Of a DNA stretch of 14,506 bases, positions 6,297 to 14,506 are shown piece by piece. Source of the DNA: Candidatus Ratteibacteria bacterium (lineage in GTDB: Bacteria; Ratteibacteria; UBA8468; B48-G9; DTJG01); contig JBMFLH010000053.1 of the NCBI GenBank assembly GCA_049971295.1, positions 1-14,506 of the forward strand, written 5' to 3'. The first letter of the stretch is position 1. Each line of letters opens with the position of its first letter. The position numbers and the translations under genes were made by a program. Below the pieces are notes generated by a model. It was given only the letters and a program-made list of their open reading frames with translations. It searched no databases and was not told the DNA's origin.

Positions 6297-8678
6297 ATGA
6301 GAGAGGTAAAACTTTTAAAACATGACTGGAAATTTACAAAGGAGGATATTCCTGACGCAGTAAAATTGAGTTTTGATGATTCAGAATGGGAGTCAGTAAG
6401 AATTCCTCATGATTGGGCTATTAAAGGTCCTTTCAGTCCAGAACATGATGTACACACCCTGACCATTGAATACAAAACAGGGAAAAAACAGGTAGATTTT
6501 ACAGGTGAGACAGGTGGGCTTCCTCATGTGGGAAAGGCATGGTATCGTGTAAAATTTTACCTGCCGCCAGATATTAATACAAAAAGATCGAGGATTGAAT
6601 TTGATGGGGTGATGAGTCACTGTCAGGTGTATTGCAATGAAAAATTTGTGGGTACATGGCCCTATGGATACTCATCCTTTGCTTTTGACATTACTGAGTT
6701 TGTAAATCCAGGCGAAAATTTACTGGCTGTTTTTGTTGATAATAAGCCAGTTGCTTCGCGCTGGTATCCAGGAGCAGGAATTTACAGAAATGTGCGGCTC
6801 GTCATTACAAACCCTGTTAATATTGCGCACTGGGGAACTTACATTACAACACCATTTGTAAGCGAAAAAAGTGCAACAGTCAGCGTGAAAACAACCATTG
6901 AAAACCACACTGGAAAAATAGTGCCAGTGGAACTTGAAACATTGATTCTAAATTCTGAAGGAAAGGAAAAAGCATCAACACAGAGCAAAATGGACATAGG
7001 GCAGGTGTCTGAATTTCAACAGGAATTGACAATCAATTCACCATCATTATGGGACATTGAATCTCCTAACCTTTATACCTCACGTTCAATTGTAAGAATT
7101 CAAGGTGAAATCGTTGATTGTTATGAAACCGTATTTGGGATACGGTCAATGGAGTTTCATCCAGAAAAAGGATTTTTTCTTAATGGGAAACATGTGAAGT
7201 TTCAGGGGGTCTGTTTGCATCATGACCTCGGCCCGCTTGGCGCAGCAGTAAATAAATCAGCGTTGAGAAGGCAACTGATGCTTTTGAAAGAAATGGGATG
7301 TAATGCAATAAGGACAAGCCATAATCCTCCTGCGCCTGAATTACTTGAGTTATCAGATGAAATGGGTTTTCTTGTGATTGATGAAGCGTTTGATGAGTGG
7401 AAAATTCCAAAACGACAAAATGGCTATCACATTATTTTTGACCAGTGGGCAGAAAAAGACCTGCGGGCGATGATACGAAGGGACAGAAACCACCCATCAG
7501 TAATGATGTGGAGCATTGGTAATGAAATTCCGGAACAGAAAGACCCTGCGGAAGGACCAAAACTTACAAAATTTCTCCATAACATTTGCAAGGAAGAAGA
7601 CCCGAGCCGGCCCACGACATCTGCCTTCAATATGGCTTTTGATGCCATAAAAAATGGTCTGGCTGAAATTGTGGATATTCCTGGCTGGAATTATCAACCG
7701 CACAATTATGGGAAACTCCATCAATTATTGCCGAAAAAACCAATGTTTGGAAGTGAAACCGCATCCTGTATCAGCAGTCGAGGGGAATATGATTTCCCTG
7801 TAGAAGAGGAAAGGGGAACCAAAAGGAAGACACTTCAGGTAAATAGTTTTGATTTTTGTTCACCCACATGGGGTACGATTCCTGACTTTGAATTCAGATC
7901 TCAGGATGAGCATCCATTTATTATGGGAGAATTTGTCTGGACTGGCTTTGATTATCTTGGAGAACCAAATCCTTATTTTGAGGAATGGCCGAGCAGAAGC
8001 TCTTACTTTGGTATCATTGATCTTGCAGGAATTCCCAAGGACAGGTTTTATCTTTACCAGAGCAAGTGGGCAAGTAAAAAGACCCTTCATCTTGTTCCTC
8101 ACTGGACATTTCCTGGCTATGAGGGTAAACCAATTTTTGTTCAATGCTATTCAAGCTGGGATAGAGTTGAACTTTTTGTTAACGGGGTATCTCAGGGGAT
8201 ACGAGAGAAATGTGAAATGGCACTGATAAACAGGTATCGTCTGGTCTGGAATAATGTTGTATATGAACCAGGGCAATTGAAGGCAGTTGCCTATGATAAG
8301 GATGGAAATATCGCAAAGGAAGTGGTTGTTTATACAGCAGGAAAGCCAGCAGCAATAAGACTGGTACCCGATAAAACACAGATTTTACCAGATGGCGAAG
8401 ACATGGTGTTTATTTATGTTGATGTCATAGATGAAAAAGGGAATCTATGTCCATTTGCTGACAATGTCATTGGTTTCAGTGTGGAAGGTGGTGGAGAAAT
8501 TGTTGCCACAGATAATGGAGATCCAACATCAACAGAGCCATTTTCTTCTCATTTCAGAAAGGTATTTCACGGTAGATGCATGGTCTGTATTCGTTCTACA
8601 GGAAAAAGCGATACCATCAAGGTTTCCGCTGAATCAAAAGGATTGCGAAAACAACAGATTGACATAATAGTTAAGTAG
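6297..8678 (+). CDS. Glycoside hydrolase family 2, beta-galactosidase-like (DUF4982-type C-terminus), cytoplasmic.
   Basis: 793 aa; SD GGAGG(AG) just upstream. Motifs IPHDWAI, FDGVMS, YGYSSF, SRWYPGAGIYRNV, GVCLHHDLGPLG, NAIRTSHNPP, RDRNHPSVMMWSIGNE (acid/base Glu), GSETAS (nucleophile), WTGFDYLGEP. No signal peptide. Confidence 0.93.
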   Translation: MREVKLLKHDWKFTKEDIPDAVKLSFDDSEWESVRIPHDWAIKGPFSPEHDVHTLTIEYKTGKKQVDFTGETGGLPHVGKAWYRVKFYLPPDINTKRSRIEFDGVMSHCQVYCNEKFVGTWPYGYSSFAFDITEFVNPGENLLAVFVDNKPVASRWYPGAGIYRNVRLVITNPVNIAHWGTYITTPFVSEKSATVSVKTTIENHTGKIVPVELETLILNSEGKEKASTQSKMDIGQVSEFQQELTINSPSLWDIESPNLYTSRSIVRIQGEIVDCYETVFGIRSMEFHPEKGFFLNGKHVKFQGVCLHHDLGPLGAAVNKSALRRQLMLLKEMGCNAIRTSHNPPAPELLELSDEMGFLVIDEAFDEWKIPKRQNGYHIIFDQWAEKDLRAMIRRDRNHPSVMMWSIGNEIPEQKDPAEGPKLTKFLHNICKEEDPSRPTTSAFNMAFDAIKNGLAEIVDIPGWNYQPHNYGKLHQLLPKKPMFGSETASCISSRGEYDFPVEEERGTKRKTLQVNSFDFCSPTWGTIPDFEFRSQDEHPFIMGEFVWTGFDYLGEPNPYFEEWPSRSSYFGIIDLAGIPKDRFYLYQSKWASKKTLHLVPHWTFPGYEGKPIFVQCYSSWDRVELFVNGVSQGIREKCEMALINRYRLVWNNVVYEPGQLKAVAYDKDGNIAKEVVVYTAGKPAAIRLVPDKTQILPDGEDMVFIYVDVIDEKGNLCPFADNVIGFSVEGGGEIVATDNGDPTSTEPFSSHFRKVFHGRCMVCIRSTGKSDTIKVSAESKGLRKQQIDIIVK

Positions 8679-8730
8679 GATGTCTATTCCAGAATCAGTT
8701 TTCGTTTTTTATGGTGATCAGCAGCACTGA

Positions 8731-9963
8731 CTAAGCAGGACTAAATGTTTTGTTTCCACCGACAGTTCGCTTTACGACTGGTTCATAAGAATTGCTATAG
8801 TGTGGACTGAACCAGAACAGTTCAGTTCTGACCTTTTTGCTGTATTTTATGATCCTGTAGCAAAAATATGCTGCAGGCCACAGAGATTGACTTATGACGG
8901 TGAAACAGAGCATTCTCCTATTGTCGCATTCTATGGGGAAGACAATCTTGTCAGTATTTATGACAGGGTTCATTTGGATGTTTTTGAAGACAAAGTGCAT
9001 TTGGCGTCAGGGAAAAATGTTAATGTGCCCATTGTGAAAACCGCAACAGCTGACCTCGCATTTTTTATGTATACCATTACAGAAGATGTGTCATTTGAAA
9101 CAGGTAGTTTTATCATTACCCCATTTAATCCTTACATTGGAAGTCCTGCAGAAATTTACATTACGATAGAAAACACCGGGAATACTGTGCTTTCAAATAT
9201 TCCTGTATATTTTTACGCAGGGGACCCTGCCAATGGTGGTATTCTTATAGGAAGTGCCACCATTTCTTCAAAACTTGCACCTGGTGACAAAAAAACAGTA
9301 TCTGTCGAATGAGAGATTCCACCTGTATCGCAGCCAGTAAGTATCTATGCAGTGATTGACCCTGACAGAACTCTTTCAGGAGAAATTTCCTCAAACAACA
9401 TAACATCCATTGATTGTATTTTTCCTGATTTGGAAGCAACCTGTCTGACAGGAAGTTTTATCACAGAAAATTTACTCTTTATCGCAGGAACACTACAAAA
9501 TATCGGCTCATTGCTTTCGGGGCAGTTTCTGGTGGAAGTTCGCAGAGACAGTCCTGAAGGCGAGCTCATATATCAGGAAACAATCAATCAACTTCTACCC
9601 AATGAAATCAAGCAAATTAACTTTCTCTGGAGCACAACAGAACCGATAAATAATCTTTACCTGTATTTTATTGCAGATGCGCACGATACACTCAGAGAAT
9701 ATGATGAAACCAACAACGTCTATGTGCTTAAATTAAACCCTTCGCTTCTTATGGGAGATATTAACAATGATGGAGAAGTGGACATTTCAGATGTGATACT
9801 GTGTTTGAGAATGGCAATAGGGCTACCGTTGATGGTCAACAGCCGTCAATACGACCCACCGTACACAGACCGATTGAAGAAATTAGCGGATATGAATTCA
9901 AGACGGACCATTGACATATTAGATGTAATTCTTATACTTCGCAAAGCCATAGGACTGAACTGA
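8731..9963 (+). pseudogene. 5'-truncated remnant of a large extracellular protein with two CARDB (Ig-like) domains and a C-terminal dockerin type I.
   Basis: ORFs 8800..9312 and 9352..9963 are in one frame, split by a TGA at 9310-9312 (KTVSVE*EIPP). The aligned position in the second CARDB repeat is Trp (KQINFLW). CARDB motifs: IENTG..., YAVIDPD...SNN, QNIG..., FIADAHDTLREYDETNN. Dockerin: GDINNDGEVDISDVILCLRMAIG. The frame opens at 8731 with no ATG, SD or signal peptide. Confidence 0.8.
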
Positions 9964-10890
9964 TTAAAGGTATTTATGTATTTCTTGATATTCAGGAATG
10001 CTCATTGGTCCCTGATGCGTGCATTTTAGTGATGCTGTGATACTTGCAATTTTTCCGCATTCCTCAATGTTTTTGCCCTGACAGAAGCATGCGATAAATG
10101 CTCCTGCGTAGGTGTCGCCTGCGCCTGTTGGATCAACGAGTTTTACCTTCAATGCTGGAATTTTAATCATACTGCTATCAGTGTAAATTTCAGAACCATT
10201 TTCACCCTTTTTCATTACGACAATTTCAATACCATCATTGATAAGTTTTTTAACAATAGAACTGATTTTTTTGCCTTCAAACAATATGTGCATTTCTTCT
10301 TCAGTGGTAAAAAGAATTTTTGTGTGCTTCAAAAAGAGGTTAATTTTCTTAATGCTGCTGGTGAAGGATGCCATTTCTTTTCTGATATTAGGGTCAAAAC
10401 TCACCCTGGCTTTGTTATCCACAGCGATTTCAAGCGCTTTTTCACATGCCTGAAAGCTTGAACCGGATATAAAAAGGGAACTACCTGTGATATGAAAAAA
10501 TTTTGTTTTTGAGAAATAACTCTTTTTAATATCAGACGGCTCAATAAGCCCTGCTGCTCCTGGGTGAAAAATAAATTTTCGACTTCCGTCTGCAAGATAC
10601 CTTACAAATGCAACACCAGTAGTGGTTGAACAGGTTCTGATGCAGGATGTGTCAACGCCATCTTTTTTTAATCTCTGAACAACAAGTTTTCCAAAATCGT
10701 CGTTGCCAAGTACACCAACAATGCCTGTTTTTACCTTTTTGCAGGATATGCGGCTGACAGCAGAGATAAAAATTGCAGGCGCTCCGCTTGGATACGGTCC
10801 AAGAAAAATTCCTGGTTCATCAAAAGGCGTAGTATCTTTCCTCATAATTTCAACCAGAATTTCTCCAATAGTAATCACTTCGGCTTTCAT
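9964..10890 (-). CDS. PfkB-family sugar kinase, tagatose/fructokinase-like.
   Basis: 308 aa. Motifs IGEILVEIM, GPYPSGAPAIF, GNDDFG, SFDPNIR, KKGENGS, VDPTGAGDTY (PfkB signature 2). SD GGAGG at 10897-10901; ATGA overlap with the upstream gene. Confidence 0.9.
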   Translation of the reverse strand: MKAEVITIGEILVEIMRKDTTPFDEPGIFLGPYPSGAPAIFISAVSRISCKKVKTGIVGVLGNDDFGKLVVQRLKKDGVDTSCIRTCSTTTGVAFVRYLADGSRKFIFHPGAAGLIEPSDIKKSYFSKTKFFHITGSSLFISGSSFQACEKALEIAVDNKARVSFDPNIRKEMASFTSSIKKINLFLKHTKILFTTEEEMHILFEGKKISSIVKKLINDGIEIVVMKKGENGSEIYTDSSMIKIPALKVKLVDPTGAGDTYAGAFIACFCQGKNIEECGKIASITASLKCTHQGPMSIPEYQEIHKYL

Positions 10891-13217
10891 TTTTTTCCTC
10901 CATTCGCAAACTTATAGTTCTTTGAATTCAAAATCAGGCACATAATGAAAATTAAAATATAAGAAAAAGCGCCTGTCAAAAACACGTCACTGAATCCATT
11001 GATTTTTGCAATCATCATGGCAATAATGGAGCCACATACCGACATCAAACCATTGACTGCCCACAACCAGGGAATGATATTTTCTTTCTGATATTCAGTG
11101 ACCATCCTCATACCAGAGGGAAATGGAATACCCATAAAAAATCCTGCCGGCAGAATCAAAATCAAACATATAAAAGCTCTGATAAATCGCGTCTGTTGAA
11201 TACAGGCATCAAGAATATGCTGTAAAAAAGCAAAATAAAAAAATACAGTCGCCCCAATCAGAACGCTTGCAATCGTAATTTTTTTTAATATCCCCGTTTT
11301 CCAGAACTGGCTGATATAACTTCCTGCTCCACTTGCTGCAAGCAACCCAAAAAGAACGATACTAACTGCAAATGTGGGATGTCCAAGAAATAGAATAAAC
11401 TTCTGAATCAGCGCAACCTCAACCAGCATATAGCCAAGACCAATGATGGCAAAATAAAGAACAAAAAAAGAAATTATGAAATTTTTATTGCAAATGTCCC
11501 GGGCATTTATTGAAATCGCAGTCAGCATACAGCCGATCGAAACAAAAATAATAATAAATAGAAGTATCTTGAACTGCCGGGGCACTCTATAAGTCAAATC
11601 AAGAAAAAACGGGCTTTCATCAGAAACAGGATTAAGATTGACTGGCTCCTGAAGCATGGAATTGATTGTATTTACAAATGTTTCTATATCAACAAAATCA
11701 TCAAATTTGTCAAACGGTGATTTTGCTACTATATCGGGAATAAACACAGGAATCAATCCAATTTCTTCAGCAAGGATTTTTGTCTTTATCAGTCGCTGGC
11801 TGGAAAAATTTTCTTTGCCAGCAATAAGAATATATCGATACGGCGTTGTTTCAAACATTTGCTTCGGGCACATAAAAACCATCAAATGCTTCAAGGCAGA
11901 AAAGTCGTGTGTCTTATTGAATATCTGAAGAAATGTGGCAAAGCCCCGAAGGAGCAAAAGTTCATTCTGGGTAACAAACACAATCATCCCATCTTTTTCA
12001 AGTTTTTCAAGATAATCTGAGAATGCCTCTTTTGTATGGATGTATCCTTCTGTAAGAACACCTCCCACACTTTGTCCTGTTGCGCTTTGAGTCAGAGCCA
12101 GGTAAATCACATCGTATTTTTCTTTTGTCCTTTTTACAAAACTTCTTCCATCGTCAAGATAAACTTCGACACCAGGATACCTGTAGAGATTTCCATTGAA
12201 TTGCGCAAATTTATCCATGATTGAAAACATTGAAGGATTGACTTCAACACCAGTGATGTTATTACTACCACCAAGAATTGAAACGAGAATGTCAATCCCT
12301 CCGCCAGGACCTATTGAGAGAACTTTTGGGTGTTGTAGGTCCGCAAAAGGAAGATAAAAGACAGTATTTTTCAGATAATTGACAGAAGACAAATTTCCAT
12401 CAAAAAGGTGCATTGTAGTTGGGACATCACCATCTGTGTAAATGTATTTGATGCCTGTTAATTGGGGGAATTCAACGACATCTGTCCTTGCAAAGGCATT
12501 CCACTCAGTATAAACAATTGAACCGTTTGATTGGTCAATAGCGGCAAAAAGCGGCTTTACAATGTGATTGTTTTCAGCCGATATATAAGGTATGTCAAAA
12601 TATTTTTCCTTATGATTTACGATAATAAAAAGTAGAATCACTGCCAGGGTCGTTATTGAAAGGAGTGTTTTTCTTATTGATTTTGAACCAGATACTCCAA
12701 TGGTTGCTCCAAAGACGCATATTGCGCCGGCGCCGAAGCAACTATTGATTCCACCAATTTTTAATAACAACAATACTACCAGACATCCGGTTCCAGCGCC
12801 AGCAAGGTCAGCAAAATAAATTCTGCCACTGAATGAGCCATAATTTTGAAAAACGCATGAAAAAAAACTTCCTGCAAGTAAAAATGGAAGAAACGGAACA
12901 AAAGAAACAACCGTGTATCTGGTAAGAAAATCCTTCACAGGGCTTTTAAAAAGAAGTATGATGCATATCGGCATTAAAATTCCAGTAAGAATCGAAAGAA
13001 TAAAAATCATATTTTCTGGCTTAACACGGGATTGAAACTTTTCCTGAATGAATGCCCAGAGTATTCCTCCGCAGCCAAGCCCACACATGCTCATTGAAAC
13101 AATGAGAAAAACAAAATGATATCTCAGAAGTACAGAAAACACGCGCATCAAAGATATCTCAAATATTAAAACAGAGAGGGACAGAAAAAAAACAGTCAAC
13201 AAAATTTTCTTTGGCAT
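10887..13217 (-). CDS. Polytopic membrane protein with a central spermidine-synthase-like class I SAM-binding domain.
   Basis: 776 aa. About 7 hydrophobic helices at each end flank a soluble core with EWNAFARTDV, YTDGD, VLSIGPGGGIDI, ITGVEVNP, DDGRSFV, YDVIYL, TKEAFSDYLEKL. C-terminal GLGYMLVEVALIQKFILFLGHP, GFFMGIPFPSG and PWLWAVNGLMSVCGS are typical of this family. Confidence 0.8.
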   Translation of the reverse strand: MPKKILLTVFFLSLSVLIFEISLMRVFSVLLRYHFVFLIVSMSMCGLGCGGILWAFIQEKFQSRVKPENMIFILSILTGILMPICIILLFKSPVKDFLTRYTVVSFVPFLPFLLAGSFFSCVFQNYGSFSGRIYFADLAGAGTGCLVVLLLLKIGGINSCFGAGAICVFGATIGVSGSKSIRKTLLSITTLAVILLFIIVNHKEKYFDIPYISAENNHIVKPLFAAIDQSNGSIVYTEWNAFARTDVVEFPQLTGIKYIYTDGDVPTTMHLFDGNLSSVNYLKNTVFYLPFADLQHPKVLSIGPGGGIDILVSILGGSNNITGVEVNPSMFSIMDKFAQFNGNLYRYPGVEVYLDDGRSFVKRTKEKYDVIYLALTQSATGQSVGGVLTEGYIHTKEAFSDYLEKLEKDGMIVFVTQNELLLLRGFATFLQIFNKTHDFSALKHLMVFMCPKQMFETTPYRYILIAGKENFSSQRLIKTKILAEEIGLIPVFIPDIVAKSPFDKFDDFVDIETFVNTINSMLQEPVNLNPVSDESPFFLDLTYRVPRQFKILLFIIIFVSIGCMLTAISINARDICNKNFIISFFVLYFAIIGLGYMLVEVALIQKFILFLGHPTFAVSIVLFGLLAASGAGSYISQFWKTGILKKITIASVLIGATVFFYFAFLQHILDACIQQTRFIRAFICLILILPAGFFMGIPFPSGMRMVTEYQKENIIPWLWAVNGLMSVCGSIIAMMIAKINGFSDVFLTGAFSYILIFIMCLILNSKNYKFANGGKK

Positions 13218-13220
13218 TGT

Positions 13221-13739
13221 TTATGGTTCAATGGGTCTCACGCCAGCAAGTTTATGGTTTTTTCCTACGGTATAAAGTCGTTTCAATTCTTCATCTGTGT
13301 TTTCCCATGCATTAACGACCTTTCCTACAACAAGCGGACAATCCCCTGGCTTTGTAATTTCAACCAGTTCACATTCAAAATTTGCCACTGCATCAATAAG
13401 TATTGGCGCATTTACAATTGTTGCTTTTTGAGTTTTTAATCCAGATTCCTGTATTTTGTCTCTGCTGTATCCGTGAACACTTCCTGCAAATAGGGTTTCT
13501 TTTGCCATTTTTTCCGACGGAAAACTTACGACAAATTGCTTTGTTTCAAGAATGTTTTGATATGTGCATGCACCTTCATCAATTCCCAGCACAAACATAG
13601 CAGGTTCGCTGGAGGCAATTGTCACCCATCCCACAGCCATGACATTGTTTTTGCCCTGCTTATTCTGTGTTGTTACAAGCACCACCTGTTCAGGATATTT
13701 TCTTAAAAGCGCCTTTTCAATATCTGCTGGCTTCTGCAT
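13221..13739 (-). CDS. Flavin reductase / flavoredoxin-like FMN-binding split-barrel protein.
   Basis: 172 aa. Motifs YPEQVVLVTT, NVMAVGW, SSEP, TYQNILETKQFVVSFP, GSVHGYSRDK, AVANFECEL, GDCPLVVGKVV. SD GGGGAG at 13745-13750. Confidence 0.88.
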   Translation of the reverse strand: MQKPADIEKALLRKYPEQVVLVTTQNKQGKNNVMAVGWVTIASSEPAMFVLGIDEGACTYQNILETKQFVVSFPSEKMAKETLFAGSVHGYSRDKIQESGLKTQKATIVNAPILIDAVANFECELVEITKPGDCPLVVGKVVNAWENTDEELKRLYTVGKNHKLAGVRPIEP

Positions 13740-13777
13740 TTTTTCTCCCCTGTTTGGAACAATATTATCTTAACATA

Positions 13778-13805
13778 TGTTTTGCTCTTTTTAATTAGCA
13801 AAACA
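13778..13805. promoter_or_regulatory. Perfect 9-bp inverted repeat with a 10-bp spacer; candidate operator in the divergent promoter region.
   Basis: TGTTTTGCT (13778-13786) - CTTTTTAATT - AGCAAAACA (13797-13805), lying between divergently transcribed genes. Confidence 0.5.
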
Positions 13806-13858
13806 GCATGAAGCGCTGTAACAGAAAACCAAATACAGAAAAATTTTTCAAAATATTA

Positions 13859-13867
13859 TGATATACT
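13859..13867 (+). promoter_or_regulatory. Extended -10 promoter candidate for the PLD-domain gene.
   Basis: TGATATACT (TGnTATAcT) about 40 bp upstream of the ATG at 13909. SD AGGAG at 13895-13899. Confidence 0.45.
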
Positions 13868-13908
13868 TAATATACAACAGTATTTTACAAAGGCAGGAGA
13901 AATCTTTT

Positions 13909-14506
13909 ATGACAAAAGAAAGTCAGAATTCTTCAAAAAATTCAAATCTGCCATTGGATTTAACATTTATCACAAACGAACCAGAAAAAACCCTTAAAGA
14001 TAGATTTACACAACTGATAAAGGATTGTAAGTTTTTTGATTGTCTGGTTGCCTATTTTTATTTAAGCGGATTTCATGCATTATATAAACCACTTGAAGGG
14101 AGTGAGCGGATAAGAATTCTGGTAGGCATTGGCACAAACAGAGAGACTTACGATTTAATAAGCACTGCAAAAGACGGTTCATTTTCACACCACGAAACAA
14201 AACAAAAAATTGAAAATCTCGTGGAAAATGAATTAGCCGATTCAGATGATAGCCTCTCAATTGAAGAGGGGATTCAAAAGTTTATTGAATGGATAAGATC
14301 AGGGAAAATTGAAATAAGAGCCTACCCATCTCAAAAGCTTCATGCAAAATTATATATTATGACCTTTAAAGAGGGTGATAGAGACATTGGAAGGGTTATA
14401 ACCGGTTCAAGTAATTTTACTCAATCTGGACTTCAGGATAATCTTGAATTTAATGTGGAGCTTAAAAACGCTTCCGATTACGAATTTGCAAAACAGAAAT
14501 TTGAAG
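13909..14506 (+). CDS. N-terminal PLD-family nuclease domain, probably of a PLD-SNF2/DEXD helicase associated with restriction-modification or defence. Partial at the window edge.
   Basis: Stop-free frame from ATG 13909 to the window end (199 codons): MTKESQNSSKNSNLPLDLTFITNEPEKTLKDRF...FFDCLVAYFYLSGF...IRILVGI...GIQKFIEWIRSGKIEIRAYPSQKLHAKLYIM...VITGSSNFTQSGLQDNLEFNVEL. HxK (14341-14349), GSSN (14404-14415) and the NxE motif form the PLD nuclease signature. The helicase part is inferred, not seen. Not in the ORF track. Confidence 0.82.
   Translation, partial: MTKESQNSSKNSNLPLDLTFITNEPEKTLKDRFTQLIKDCKFFDCLVAYFYLSGFHALYKPLEGSERIRILVGIGTNRETYDLISTAKDGSFSHHETKQKIENLVENELADSDDSLSIEEGIQKFIEWIRSGKIEIRAYPSQKLHAKLYIMTFKEGDRDIGRVITGSSNFTQSGLQDNLEFNVELKNASDYEFAKQKFE

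Noticed and set aside
8679..8712. Intrinsic terminator after the GH2 gene (T-rich run at ~8699-8710).
   Set aside because: There is no stable GC-rich stem before the T tract.
2765..9312. Stop-codon reassignment (TGA as Trp, Gly or Sec), suggested by in-frame TGAs at 2765-2767 and 9310-9312.
   Set aside because: The intact genes, including the Trp-rich 793-aa GH2, contain no internal TGA. TGA is used as a real stop in the ATGA overlap at 10887-10890 and after the dockerin at 9961. Nonsense mutations in decaying genes are the simpler explanation.
1006..14260. Short ORFs in the track (60-125 aa) overlapping the main genes, such as 1550..1855, 4257..4601, 7849..8226, 11656..11928 and 14006..14260.
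   Set aside because: They are antisense or alternative-frame shadows of well-supported CDSs, with no recognisable motifs.
1..14506. CRISPR array, diversity-generating retroelement, IS element, tRNA or rRNA.
   Set aside because: By eye I found no spaced direct repeats, no reverse transcriptase, transposase or integrase motifs, no long near-identical repeat pair and no cloverleaf. The intergenic spaces are mostly too short to hold such elements.

Overview
AT-rich bacterial chromosomal window using the standard genetic code, in five blocks. (1) 1-~2950, minus strand: a damaged accessory locus. A large protein with two repeated beta-rich domains, an acidic N-D-D-D-D-N motif and a C-terminal NlpC/P60 (C40) cysteine amidase domain is cut off just after the catalytic His. 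It runs directly, one base out of frame, into an NHL/beta-propeller ORF that lacks its N-terminus and is missing from the ORF track (<1-921). The same frame as the amidase ORF continues upstream past a single TGA (2765-2767). This looks like a decayed cell-wall-amidase effector plus partner (possible immunity) module. (2) 2999-8678, plus strand: a probably leaderless operon of AraM/EgsA-type glycerol-1-phosphate dehydrogenase, a URO-D/MtaA-like protein, an SGNH esterase and a cytoplasmic GH2 beta-galactosidase. (3) ~8731-9963, plus strand: a 5'-truncated CARDB-CARDB-dockerin pseudogene with a Trp-to-TGA stop and apparently compensating indels in the second dockerin loop. (4) 9964-13739, minus strand: an operon of flavin reductase, a membrane-embedded spermidine-synthase-like SAM-binding protein and a PfkB (tagatose-kinase-like) kinase. 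(5) 13909->14506, plus strand: the 5' end of a PLD-nuclease-domain gene, probably a PLD-helicase of restriction-modification/defence type, also missing from the ORF track. No rRNA, tRNA, CRISPR array or transposase was seen. All family calls come from motif recognition by eye, not from database searches.
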